This document shows positions 28,357 to 37,849 of a DNA stretch of 64,000 nucleotides, one piece after another. A program made the translations under genes and the position numbers. The stretch is from Gammaproteobacteria bacterium (GTDB lineage Bacteria > Pseudomonadota > Gammaproteobacteria > SZUA-229). The notes below the pieces were generated by a model. That model saw only the letters and a list, made by a program, of their open reading frames with translations. It did not search any database and had not been told where the DNA came from. Position 1 is the stretch's first letter. Each line of letters starts with the position of its first letter. The stretch lies in contig JABDQW010000041.1 of the NCBI GenBank assembly GCA_013042055.1, positions 1,540 to 65,539 of the forward strand, given 5' to 3'.

Positions 28357-30441
28357 CTATTTCCTGCCTTCGCGTTCCAGCGTTTCCTTGATAACCTCTT
28401 CCGCCACGTTCTTCGGACACGGCATGTAGTGCAAAAACTCCATAGAAAATTGGCCGCGACCCGATGTCATTGTGCGCAGGTCGCCAATATAACCGAACAT
28501 CTCACTCAGCGGGCACTCGGCTTTGATGCGGACACCGGTCGTACCTGGCTCTTGTGACTTGATCATGCCGCGGTGTCGATTCAGGTCGCCAATGACGTCC
28601 CCCACGTGGTCATCGGGCGTGAAAACATCCACTTTCATGATCGGTTCCATCAGCTGCGGGCCAGCCTTCGGCATGGATTGGCGATAGGCCGCCTTCGATG
28701 CCAACTCATACGCGATCGCGGACGAGTCGACAGGGTGATAGGCGCCATCGGCCAGTGTTACCTTGAAATCGAGACAAGGGAAGCCGGCGAGAACACCGCG
28801 TTCCATGCTGGCACCGAATCCCTTTTCCACGGCCGGCCAGAATTCGCGAGGAACATTGCCGCCGGTAACTTTAGACTCGAACTCGAAGCCGCTACCTGGC
28901 TCGCCAGGTTCTATGCTGTAATCGATTTTGGCGTACTGCCCTGATCCACCCGTCTGCTTTTTGTGGGTATAGCTGTCTTCAATGCGCTGAGTGATGGTTT
29001 CACGGTAGGCGACCTGGGGTTTGCCGACGTCAACATCGACACCATGGGTACGTTTCAGGATGTCGATCTTGATATCGAGGTGCAGCTCGCCCATGCCTTT
29101 CAGAATGGTTTCACCGGAATCTTCATCGGTTTCAACACGGAATGACGGATCTTCCTGAATCATTTTACCGATTGCGATACCGAGCTTCTCCGAAGCACCC
29201 TTGTCTTTGGGGGCTACCGCAATCGAAATAACCGGATCCGGGAAAATCATTGGCTCGAGTGTCGCCGGCGCCTTGGGATCGCACAGCGTATGGCCAGTCT
29301 GTACGTTCTTCATACCAATCACCGCAACGATATCACCAGCTTGCGCGCCATCGAGTTCGATACGCTCATCGGCGTGCATTTCTACAATGCGTCCGATGCG
29401 CTCGGTCTTGCCGGTAAATGTATTTAAAACGGTGTCGCCTTTATTCAGCTTGCCGGAGTAGATGCGGATAAAAGTCAGGGCACCAAAACGGTCATCCATG
29501 ATCTTGAATGCGAGCGCTCGTAGCGGCTTACTCGGATCTACGATCGCTACTTCGCCGGTTTCCTGGCCTTCATCGTCTGTTTCGGGCTGCGGTTTGACCT
29601 CGGTCGGGTCGGGTAGAAAATCGACAACCGCATCTAACACCAGCTGTACCCCCTTGTTCTTGAATGCCGAGCCGCAATATGTCGGGAAAAAATCCAGATT
29701 GATCGTGCCCTTGCGAATACAGCGTTTGATATCGTCGATGGCCGGCTCTTCGCCTTCCAGATACATTTCCATTAGCTCATCGTCCTGCTCGACCGCGGTC
29801 TCGATCAGTTTTTCGCGCCATTCTTCGACAGTGTCCGCCATATCCGCCGGAACTTCCTGTATTTCGTAGTTTTCCGGCTGGCCGGAATCGTCCCACACCC
29901 AGGCTTTACGCGTCAGTAGATCCACCACGCCGGTGAAATTGTCTTCAACACCAATTGGCAGCACCATGACCAGGGGATTGGCGCCCAGCACGTCTTCGAC
30001 CTGTTTTACCACGCGATAGAAATCCGCGCCGATGCGATCGAGCTTATTGACGAAAATGACGCGAGCGACCTCCGAATCATTTGCATAACGCCAGTTCGTC
30101 TCAGACTGGGGCTCAACCCCGCCTGAACCGCAGAATACGCCAACACCGCCATCCAGTACCTTCAGCGAGCGATATACTTCGATGGTGAAGTCGACATGGC
30201 CCGGTGTGTCGATGATATTCATGCGATGATCATCCCACTCGCAACTGGTGGCCGCCGACTGGATGGTAATGCCGCGCTCAGCCTCCTGTTCCATGAAGTC
30301 GGTGGTCGCCTCACCATCATGGACTTCGCCGGTTTTGTGGATTTTTCCGGTCAGTTTCAGAATGCGCTCCGTGGTCGTTGTTTTACCGGCATCCACGTGT
30401 GCGAAGATCCCTATATTTCGGTATTTGGATAAATCAGTCAT
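28357..30441 (-). CDS. Elongation factor G family GTPase, standalone (not in an rpsL-rpsG-fusA-tuf context). Probably an EF-G2 paralog.
   Basis: G1 [21 protein letters not shown] and all five EF-G domains. About 695 aa from MTDLSKY. Confidence 0.88.
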   Translation of the reverse strand: MTDLSKYRNIGIFAHVDAGKTTTTERILKLTGKIHKTGEVHDGEATTDFMEQEAERGITIQSAATSCEWDDHRMNIIDTPGHVDFTIEVYRSLKVLDGGVGVFCGSGGVEPQSETNWRYANDSEVARVIFVNKLDRIGADFYRVVKQVEDVLGANPLVMVLPIGVEDNFTGVVDLLTRKAWVWDDSGQPENYEIQEVPADMADTVEEWREKLIETAVEQDDELMEMYLEGEEPAIDDIKRCIRKGTINLDFFPTYCGSAFKNKGVQLVLDAVVDFLPDPTEVKPQPETDDEGQETGEVAIVDPSKPLRALAFKIMDDRFGALTFIRIYSGKLNKGDTVLNTFTGKTERIGRIVEMHADERIELDGAQAGDIVAVIGMKNVQTGHTLCDPKAPATLEPMIFPDPVISIAVAPKDKGASEKLGIAIGKMIQEDPSFRVETDEDSGETILKGMGELHLDIKIDILKRTHGVDVDVGKPQVAYRETITQRIEDSYTHKKQTGGSGQYAKIDYSIEPGEPGSGFEFESKVTGGNVPREFWPAVEKGFGASMERGVLAGFPCLDFKVTLADGAYHPVDSSAIAYELASKAAYRQSMPKAGPQLMEPIMKVDVFTPDDHVGDVIGDLNRHRGMIKSQEPGTTGVRIKAECPLSEMFGYIGDLRTMTSGRGQFSMEFLHYMPCPKNVAEEVIKETLEREGRK

Positions 30442-30683
30442 TGTGCTGGTTGCTCTATGCAGTTCAAGATTAATCGGTTGGCGTTCCTGGACCACGCTGC
30501 AGGTAGGCTGGCTTTGCCAGTCAGATACGCCTGTTCTCAATCCCGTCATCTTTGCTATCGCCGTGTTCGCGCATGCTAGCCAAAAAACAGGAGCGCGGAT
30601 TATATACTAAATGGAGACTTATTACGGCAGTTTTGCGTGTATTAACCGGCATTTAACTCGCAGTTGGGGCAGAAAATACGGGT

Positions 30684-30929
30684 TAGCCCGCATTTCTCAC
30701 CAGGATCACGGGAGCAGGCGCAGGATTCGTGTTCACAAGCGCTGCTCTGGAGCGAAAAGCGTAGCAATGGCTACGCTTTGAGTGAAGAGCGAGCTTGCGG
30801 ACACGAAGACCAGCCTGAACCGTGATAGGCATGCTCGAATAACACACTGTATTTTTGATCATCTGGCTATTCTCCATAGGATTAGTGCCTTATCAGTTTT
30901 CGACGCCGCCTGGTGAGAAATGCGGGTTA
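30684..30929. mobile_element. MITE family 1, full copy.
   Basis: Perfect TIRs TAGCCCGCATTTCTCACCAGG ... CCTGGTGAGAAATGCGGGTTA. Confidence 0.8.
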
Positions 30930-31031
30930 GGGCCGTGATTAGGTACGTAAACAGCCAGAAATTGGTGTTCTATGGTTGGAATTTGAGCATATCGCCGACG
31001 ATATTCGTTAGCCTGTGAAATAAAATGCCTT

Positions 31032-31409
31032 CTAGTGCTGGATCAGCGCGAAATCCGCCGTGGCCGTGGTTTTGTCGATATGAACCCGTATCTCGCAATA
31101 GGCGTTTTCCGCCGTGGGGTCATCGCCGCAAACACAGCCGGCCACGATTTCGGTGAAAAATACCCCCAGCGTGGCTTGAATGCTGTCTGAGTTCTGACTG
31201 GCGTTGATTATGGTGACCGAAACATCGTTGTCGTCAACGACACCGCAGCGCGTTACGGCTTTTTGTAGGGGCAGGCTACCTCTGGGCAGGTCCTCGATTT
31301 CACGCTTGAGCGCCGATTTCCACGATTCGTGCGGCCATTCATGGAGGGCTTCAGCGAGTTTTGGCAGTTTTGGCTTGGTTTTTTGCGTCATCGTCCTGGC
31401 ACGTTTCAA
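31032..31409 (-). CDS. Hypothetical protein.
   Basis: ORF whose start overlaps the upstream gene's stop (ATGA). No recognised motif. Confidence 0.4.
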   Translation of the reverse strand: MKRARTMTQKTKPKLPKLAEALHEWPHESWKSALKREIEDLPRGSLPLQKAVTRCGVVDDNDVSVTIINASQNSDSIQATLGVFFTEIVAGCVCGDDPTAENAYCEIRVHIDKTTATADFALIQH

Positions 31410-31816
31410 GTGATCAGAGGCGCGTGGCCTGCACGACGGCGAAGATGATTGATCGTCCGCAGCACCGGGGCACGCATGATGACCCAGCGCTCAAGCCGGT
31501 ATTTACCAGGAAAGTTGATAAACATGATGCCGATCACGATCGTCAGTATACCCTGTCCGGGTAGGACCAGCATCGCGATTCCGAGAATGATGAAGAGGTA
31601 GCCCAGCAAATTTTTTGTTATCAGCAGTGTCCAGCGTATAACCGGGTGTTCATGGGCCCAGGGTTCCCAGCGGTGGCGCTTGCTTTCACTGAAGTAGTCT
31701 TCAGGGATTCTGATAACCAGAAATGGAATGGCGATCAATGTGCCGAAAAAGCTAACGACGGAAAACGCCGCCAGATACCAGACAGTTGATTCGCTTATGG
31801 TAGAACCGTCGAACAT
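31406..31816 (-). CDS. Small membrane protein (PGPGW-like).
   Basis: Two or three TM helices. LPGQGILT resembles the PGPGW motif. Confidence 0.4.
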   Translation of the reverse strand: MFDGSTISESTVWYLAAFSVVSFFGTLIAIPFLVIRIPEDYFSESKRHRWEPWAHEHPVIRWTLLITKNLLGYLFIILGIAMLVLPGQGILTIVIGIMFINFPGKYRLERWVIMRAPVLRTINHLRRRAGHAPLIT

Positions 31817-31923
31817 GTTAATGTCTATGCGGATGCCTGAATATGCACGGCTTCATATATTACAATATCCCAAGCCGGCTGATAACGATCTAACAACAAA
31901 TACACGCTGGTGAGGAGCGAGCC

Positions 31924-32322
31924 ATGCTATTACACAATGAGGCGCTGGGCAAACTGATACTGCGCTTAACAGTCGGTATCCTGATATTGTTACATGGTGT
32001 TGATAAGATTACACATCCGGCTAAAGTCGATTACATCGCGAGCACACTTTCAGCTTCGATGTTTCCGTCAGCACTTGCATATGGCGTCTATCTAGGTGAA
32101 GTGATAGCGCCACTCATGCTCATTTTCGGGATATTCACTCGATATGGGGCAATCCTCATCGTCATCAATATGGTGTTTGCGATTATGCTGATGCACATGC
32201 ATCATTTATTCGCGCTAACTGAGCATGGTGGCTGGCGATTGGAATTACAGGGCTTCTTCCTGTTCGGTGCGCTGGCTATCGTCTTTTTAGGCAGCGGCAG
32301 ATTTGCGTTCAAAGCGGATTGA
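31924..32322 (+). CDS. DoxX-family membrane protein.
   Basis: LRLTVGILILLHG and four TM helices. Confidence 0.7.
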   Translation: MLLHNEALGKLILRLTVGILILLHGVDKITHPAKVDYIASTLSASMFPSALAYGVYLGEVIAPLMLIFGIFTRYGAILIVINMVFAIMLMHMHHLFALTEHGGWRLELQGFFLFGALAIVFLGSGRFAFKAD

Positions 32323-32562
32323 CAAAAGGGTGAGATTTGGATTCTAAGCGATCAGCACTGACAGCGCAGGAGTCTGCCAAGTTAAGGAATCTCTGATGAA
32401 TTCCATCCAGGAATTATCAGAGCAAAAAAATGCGATTTTTATTTTTTTTCATTTTCAATCGCATCTGTGATTGGAAATGACGGCACATTGGTGTGCCGCA
32501 GGGAAACTCTGAATAAATCAGAGTTTCCTTAATTTTATATTCGATCAAAAAGGAAAGCTAAA

Positions 32563-33366
32563 ATGAGAAAGACGTTAATTGCAATGATTGTCGTTTTAAT
32601 CGTCGTCGTTGTTGCGGTATTCTATGTCTTCAGCAATCTCGATGCCATTGTAGAGGCAGCGATTGAGCAGTACGGCACAGAAGCGGTAAAAACCTCGGTG
32701 CAGGTCGAAGGAGTCGCGATTAAACTAACCGAGGGTGCGGCAGCTATCCAGGGCTTGACGGTTGCCAATCCCGACGGATTCTCATTGCCACATGCCTTTT
32801 CTTTAGGAGAGATTGCCGTTGATATCAATCTTGAAAAGACGGACAAGGAGCTCATTGCGATTGATGCAATTCGTATCGCAGCGCCGCAGGTTTTCTACGA
32901 GATCAATGCGGAAGGCCAAGCTAGCCTCAATATTCTTGCAGACAACCTGGGCAGCGATAGCGGCGCGAGCAGTTCGACATCTGCACCAGACGAATCTTCA
33001 ACTGCCGAACAGACAGCGCCAATACGACTGGATATTGCACGCTTCGAACTAAAGGAAGCGAGTTTACGCGCCAAGGCGGTACCCTTGGATAACAAAGCTT
33101 ATGACCTCAAATTACCGGCGCTGGTGTTGACTAACCTACAGGGAACACCCGAACAGATATCGAAACAGGTACTTGATCGATTGATCGATCACGCGAGAGC
33201 AGAAATCAAGAAGCAGGGTCTCGACAAAGAGCTCACCAAACTCAAGGCCAAAGCGCAACAAAACATCGATGAGGAGCGGGCGAAATTAGAACAGAAAGCC
33301 GATGAGGTGCTTGAGGAACAAAAACAGGAAGCCGAGGACAAGCTAAAAAATCTGCTCAATCGTTAA
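32563..33366 (+). CDS. Membrane-anchored hypothetical protein with a C-terminal coiled coil.
   Basis: N-terminal TM helix and a Lys/Glu-rich helical tail. Confidence 0.45.
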   Translation: MRKTLIAMIVVLIVVVVAVFYVFSNLDAIVEAAIEQYGTEAVKTSVQVEGVAIKLTEGAAAIQGLTVANPDGFSLPHAFSLGEIAVDINLEKTDKELIAIDAIRIAAPQVFYEINAEGQASLNILADNLGSDSGASSSTSAPDESSTAEQTAPIRLDIARFELKEASLRAKAVPLDNKAYDLKLPALVLTNLQGTPEQISKQVLDRLIDHARAEIKKQGLDKELTKLKAKAQQNIDEERAKLEQKADEVLEEQKQEAEDKLKNLLNR

Positions 33367-33367
33367 A

Positions 33368-33595
33368 CCTAGATTCCGCAGTTGATCGCTATTACTTCTA
33401 GTCAACTCTATGACTATTCGAAAAGTTATGCAGTATTTGACGTTCACCCAACGGGAGAGTCGCTACACAGTTTATCGCCGCCCCTCTAGCGGCGTTGCAA
33501 CTTTTGCTAAGGACTATGGCCATTAGCTGCAAGTCGCGCTTTGCCCTGACGCTAGAGGTACAGCGCTAAATCTGCGTTCAACTGCGGAATCTAGG
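33368..33595. mobile_element. MITE family 2, second copy.
   Basis: About 90% identical to 20418..20652 over its full length. Confidence 0.8.
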
Positions 33596-33947
33596 TTAAA
33601 CGAGCGAGAATAATGCGTGAAATATTAGGGGCCTGGGGCGAATGGCGCTCACTTAAGCAAAACATAGACTTGCGAGGAACGAAGCAATTTCTTATGAGGT
33701 AACGCAAAGTTGCAAAGATCGCCACGCTACCGCTCGCGATGACGCGATTTTGCGCCTGAGCGCTTGCGTAATGGCCCAACCATGCACATGATGTGCCACG
33801 AGCCAGGGGGGATACGCGTCGAGTTCATTGTTCCGGCTTGAAATCATGGCTTCAAATCAGACAAGATTTTCATTATGATCAATAAATCTCGTTTTGTCTG
33901 GAACTGGGGGATCTGATAACGCGGCGTATTTTTCGGAGGTTGGTTCG

Positions 33948-35315
33948 ATGAGTTATGTTAACAAGCATCAAGTGACCGAAGGCATTGAGAGACATGCCGA
34001 AGTTGGGGAGAAAAACGGCCACAGCTTCACTGGATACACGAATACACCTTTATTTCATGAGCGCGTCACTCGGTTTGATCGCTGGTTGGCGCGGGCAATG
34101 ATGGAGGTTGTTGGTAGTCCTGACGGCACGCTTCGTTTGTGGGACGGGCAAAGCGTAAGCGCTCATGTCGATAAACCCATGCCAGTGATTCAATATGGGA
34201 ATCGCCTGGCTATGTGGAAAACCCTGATCAATCCTGAACTGAACTGGGGCGATCTCTACTGTAATGGCCAGATTCAGTTCCAAGGTGATCTGGCCGTTTT
34301 CCTGGAGACAGTCTACCGTCATCTTTACAGCACCAGAGAGAACAGAAGCTGGCTGCATCGTTTCCTCGTCTGGCTCGGGCATCGCCGTATTGCAAATACC
34401 GAAGCCAGGGCAGAAGAGAATATCCATCATCATTACGATATTGGTAATGATTTTTACAAGCTGTGGCTCGATGCCGAAGCGATGCAATACACCTGCGGCT
34501 ATTTTCCGGACCCTGATATGACGCTGGAGCAGGCCCAGCTTGCTAAGATGCATCACGTGTGCCGAAAATTACAGCTCAACCCCGGTGATACGGTCGTCGA
34601 GGCGGGTTGCGGCTGGGGCGGGCTGGCACTTTTCATGGCCAAGCATTATGGTGTCAAGGTCAAGGCCTATAACATTTCAAAACAGCAGATAATTTATGCC
34701 CGTCAATGTGCCGAGCAGCAAGGCTTGTCGGACAGGGTTGAATTCCTGCTTGACGACTATCGCAATATAACCGGAAAATTTGATGTGTTCCTATCAGTTG
34801 GCATGCTTGAGCATGTCGGCCGAGGCGATTACCCTGCTCTGGGCGCGCTGATCGAACGTTGCCTCAAGCCTGAAGGCCGCGGTTTGATTCATACCATTGG
34901 CCGTATAAAGCCGGCTCCGATGAACGCATGGATCGAACGTCGAATATTTCCAGGCGCCTACCCGCCCAGTCTGAGGGAAATGATGGAGATTTTCGAGCCT
35001 AAACGGCTGTCAGTCCTGGATGTTGAAAACCTGAGATTACATTATGCCAAAACGCTGGACTACTGGCTGCAAAGGTTTGAGCAGCATCGGGATGAAGTCG
35101 CAGCTATGATGGATGAGGAATTTGTCAGGGCCTGGCGTCTATATCTGGCCGGTTCCATTGCTGCATTCAGAGCCGGCGAACTGCAGTTGTACCAAGTTGT
35201 GTTTGCCCGAGATACCAACAACGATGTGCCGTGGTCACGCGCACACTTGTATCGATATGGATCAGAAAGCAGGCGGAAGCTCAGTGTTGTCGAGGGTGAC
35301 ACGATTCATGCTTGA
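33948..35315 (+). CDS. Cyclopropane-fatty-acyl-phospholipid synthase family SAM-dependent methyltransferase (candidate BfaB-like lipid methyltransferase).
   Basis: SAM motif VVEAGCGWGG and CFA-synthase C-terminal blocks. It has an N-terminal extension of about 100 aa relative to E. coli Cfa. Confidence 0.8.
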   Translation: MSYVNKHQVTEGIERHAEVGEKNGHSFTGYTNTPLFHERVTRFDRWLARAMMEVVGSPDGTLRLWDGQSVSAHVDKPMPVIQYGNRLAMWKTLINPELNWGDLYCNGQIQFQGDLAVFLETVYRHLYSTRENRSWLHRFLVWLGHRRIANTEARAEENIHHHYDIGNDFYKLWLDAEAMQYTCGYFPDPDMTLEQAQLAKMHHVCRKLQLNPGDTVVEAGCGWGGLALFMAKHYGVKVKAYNISKQQIIYARQCAEQQGLSDRVEFLLDDYRNITGKFDVFLSVGMLEHVGRGDYPALGALIERCLKPEGRGLIHTIGRIKPAPMNAWIERRIFPGAYPPSLREMMEIFEPKRLSVLDVENLRLHYAKTLDYWLQRFEQHRDEVAAMMDEEFVRAWRLYLAGSIAAFRAGELQLYQVVFARDTNNDVPWSRAHLYRYGSESRRKLSVVEGDTIHA

Positions 35316-36432
35316 TGTATTGATCATCGGCGGGGGACCTGCAGGATCGACTCTGGCGTGGGCTTTGCGACATGCCGGGTTGAAAATTGCGATATTGGAC
35401 AAAGAGAATTTTCCTCGGCAGAAAGTCTGCGCCGGGTGGGTGACACCCGCAGTAATGCAGGAGCTGGAAATTGACCTTGATGACTATGCCAGCGGCCGGA
35501 TACTGCAGCCTGTCAACGGTTTTCGTATCAGTCAAATCGGGCAGAAGCAGGTGCAGTCACATTACCCCGGCGGACCCGTGAGTTATGGCATCCGTCGCAT
35601 CGAGTTTGATCATTATCTGTTGCAACGCTGTCAGGCAGAATTGCGGACCGGGGAGGCTTTCAAACGCATGGAACGCACTGACCACGGGTGGTGCGTGAAT
35701 GGCGATATCGAGACAAGGCTGGTGGTCGGCGCAGGCGGGCATTTCTGCCCGGTTGCGCGCGCCATCGGCGCAAAAGGTGTGAGCGAGCTTGCCGTTGCTG
35801 CGCAGGAAGTTGAGTTTGAAATGACAGCCGAGCAACTGGCTGCCTGTAACATTGATACGAGAGTGCCCGAGCTTTTCTTCACTTCCGATCTTAAAGGCTA
35901 TGGCTGGGTTTTCCGCAAACAGAATTACCTTAATATTGGTCTGGGCCGCGAAGACAGGCACAGACTGTCGAGCCATGTACAGGGCTTCATTCGATACCTC
36001 AAACAACAGGGCAAGGTTCCGCGCGACATGCCGGAAAAACTAAACGGCCACGCCTACCTGCTCTATCCTCACGCGGTAAGAAACATTGTCAGCGACAATG
36101 TGTTCCTGATAGGTGATGCCGCCGGCCTTGCCTACCCTCAGAGCGGTGAAGGTATTCGTCCCGCGGTTGAATCGGCAATTCTTGCCGCCGGCGTTATCAT
36201 AGACTGTGCTGGTGACTTTGCGGCGGTACAACTTCATTCCTATCAGGAACGCATCGAGCAGCGCTTCGGTCAACGTCATCCCGAACCCAATGTGGTAGAA
36301 CGGCTGCCACTCGGTATCAAACAGCTGATCGCTTCCACGCTGATGAAAACGGACTGGTTCACTCGGAAGATCGTGACCGATCGCTGGTTTTTGCATTTAG
36401 ACCAGAAGCCACTGAATTCTGCCTCAGCCTGA
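35308..36432 (+). CDS. FAD-dependent oxidoreductase, geranylgeranyl-reductase-like (candidate BfaA-like enoyl/methylene reductase).
   Basis: GGGPAGS Rossmann motif and a GD FAD site (IGDAAG). It overlaps the methyltransferase stop by 8 nt. Confidence 0.75.
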   Translation: MLDVLIIGGGPAGSTLAWALRHAGLKIAILDKENFPRQKVCAGWVTPAVMQELEIDLDDYASGRILQPVNGFRISQIGQKQVQSHYPGGPVSYGIRRIEFDHYLLQRCQAELRTGEAFKRMERTDHGWCVNGDIETRLVVGAGGHFCPVARAIGAKGVSELAVAAQEVEFEMTAEQLAACNIDTRVPELFFTSDLKGYGWVFRKQNYLNIGLGREDRHRLSSHVQGFIRYLKQQGKVPRDMPEKLNGHAYLLYPHAVRNIVSDNVFLIGDAAGLAYPQSGEGIRPAVESAILAAGVIIDCAGDFAAVQLHSYQERIEQRFGQRHPEPNVVERLPLGIKQLIASTLMKTDWFTRKIVTDRWFLHLDQKPLNSASA

Positions 36433-36451
36433 TCCTTTACAGGTCAACTCA

Positions 36452-36826
36452 CTATGGCGGGGGATTGTCGACGAGGATGGCAGTCCAGATCATCGCGGCG
36501 ATAATCAGAGAGATCAACACAGCCGCCGAGCCCATATCTTTTGCACGTCCCGAGAGTTTATGGAGTTCGTCACCGACACGGTCAACGACTGCTTCAATTC
36601 CGGAATTGAGCAGTTCTACTGTCAGGACGAAGAGGACACTGCCTATCAGAACCGCCTTGTCTGTCCAATCCTGACCCAGATAAAAACCCAGCGGTATCAT
36701 GATTACAGCCAGCCATACTTCCTGCCTGAACGCCGATTCATGCTTGTAGGCGGCCTTGAGGCCCAGCCAGGAGTAGCCTGTCGCATTGATGATTCTTCTT
36801 ATTCCTGTTGCGTCGGTTTTTCCCAT
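36452..36826 (-). CDS. dgkA: Diacylglycerol kinase.
   Basis: Prokaryotic DgkA: about 120 aa, three TM helices, and SGIEAVVDR-like conserved blocks. Confidence 0.85.
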   Translation of the reverse strand: MGKTDATGIRRIINATGYSWLGLKAAYKHESAFRQEVWLAVIMIPLGFYLGQDWTDKAVLIGSVLFVLTVELLNSGIEAVVDRVGDELHKLSGRAKDMGSAAVLISLIIAAMIWTAILVDNPPP

Positions 36827-36850
36827 TATTGGCTCCACAGGATTGGGTCA

Positions 36851-37849
36851 TCAGCCGACATGAATCTGTTCCATCAGATAACACAGACAGTCCTGTCTGA
36901 TGGCTCTCTCGTTGGTAGTATACATGGACAGAGTGGCATTTTTCCTAAGAACGATCTTTGAGTCCGCGATCTCAAAGAATTCGCTGGTAATGTCCTCGCT
37001 ACTTTCGTTTGTCACAACAAGGTGTGCCTCACTTTCAGGTTTGAGGCCGGCAAAGATGGAACCTGTGCCCAGTTGTTCGAAGTTCATGTTTTCGAGATCA
37101 TAGCTGAGGTGGATATCAGCGTTGTTATCGGTTCCTAAAGAAAATATCTCTGGTACGGTCACACGTGCCACGGTATGAAACAGATTGATATGTGATGGGT
37201 GTTCCGATGGCAGTTTGTCGGTATTTAGTACTGCCTGCAAGTAGCGGGTAGAGTGAGTCACGCCGTCAGCTTGGCCTGACTGGCCGCACTCGAGTACGAC
37301 CGCTGGGCAGAAATCAGAGAATGCGGCGGATTGTACACCTTTGGGACTAGTGAAATAAACCACTGTTGTGCCAAACATGCCGGCAAGCTGTATACAGTGC
37401 GGATTGAGGATGTTGACACAGGCGTAGTGTGGGTTAAGACCGGTATTGTTGTGAATATCGATACTGGCGAACGTTTTACGCTTGTACATGATGTTCGCAA
37501 TGGTTTTCATCATATCTGTTTCCGCGCAGTCATCATGATGAGTTCCAGGCCATATGCGATTGTAGTCGGGCTGTTGGTCCAGTCTTCGTTGTGCTACAGC
37601 CGCGGCGTCAACATTACCGATGAATATCGACACGGCGCGTGGCAGCGGTTTGTTCTGATATTGCTTCAGCAGGCGTTGAATGGCATAAAAGCCGGTTGTT
37701 TCGTTGCCATGGAGCAGTGTGCATATAAACAAAGGTTCCCGTTTTTCACCCGGCAAGTGTATTAATGTAGGCGAGCCAAGTATTCGTTTTAGTTCGGTCG
37801 CGTCGGCTTCGAGCAATCCGTTTGGAAGGGTATCGGTTTCGTGTAACAT
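36851..37849 (-). CDS. Succinylglutamate desuccinylase/aspartoacylase (AstE/AspA) family zinc hydrolase.
   Basis: LHGNE Zn-binding motif and an M14-like fold signature. Confidence 0.7.
   Translation of the reverse strand: MLHETDTLPNGLLEADATELKRILGSPTLIHLPGEKREPLFICTLLHGNETTGFYAIQRLLKQYQNKPLPRAVSIFIGNVDAAAVAQRRLDQQPDYNRIWPGTHHDDCAETDMMKTIANIMYKRKTFASIDIHNNTGLNPHYACVNILNPHCIQLAGMFGTTVVYFTSPKGVQSAAFSDFCPAVVLECGQSGQADGVTHSTRYLQAVLNTDKLPSEHPSHINLFHTVARVTVPEIFSLGTDNNADIHLSYDLENMNFEQLGTGSIFAGLKPESEAHLVVTNESSEDITSEFFEIADSKIVLRKNATLSMYTTNERAIRQDCLCYLMEQIHVG

Noticed and set aside
28573-30610. Multiple 60-135-aa ORFs antisense to EF-G. The same pattern occurs antisense to gcvP, ilvA, pepP and ubiH.
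   Set aside because: They lie within strongly supported long genes, reflect GC-rich antisense frames, and have no motifs.
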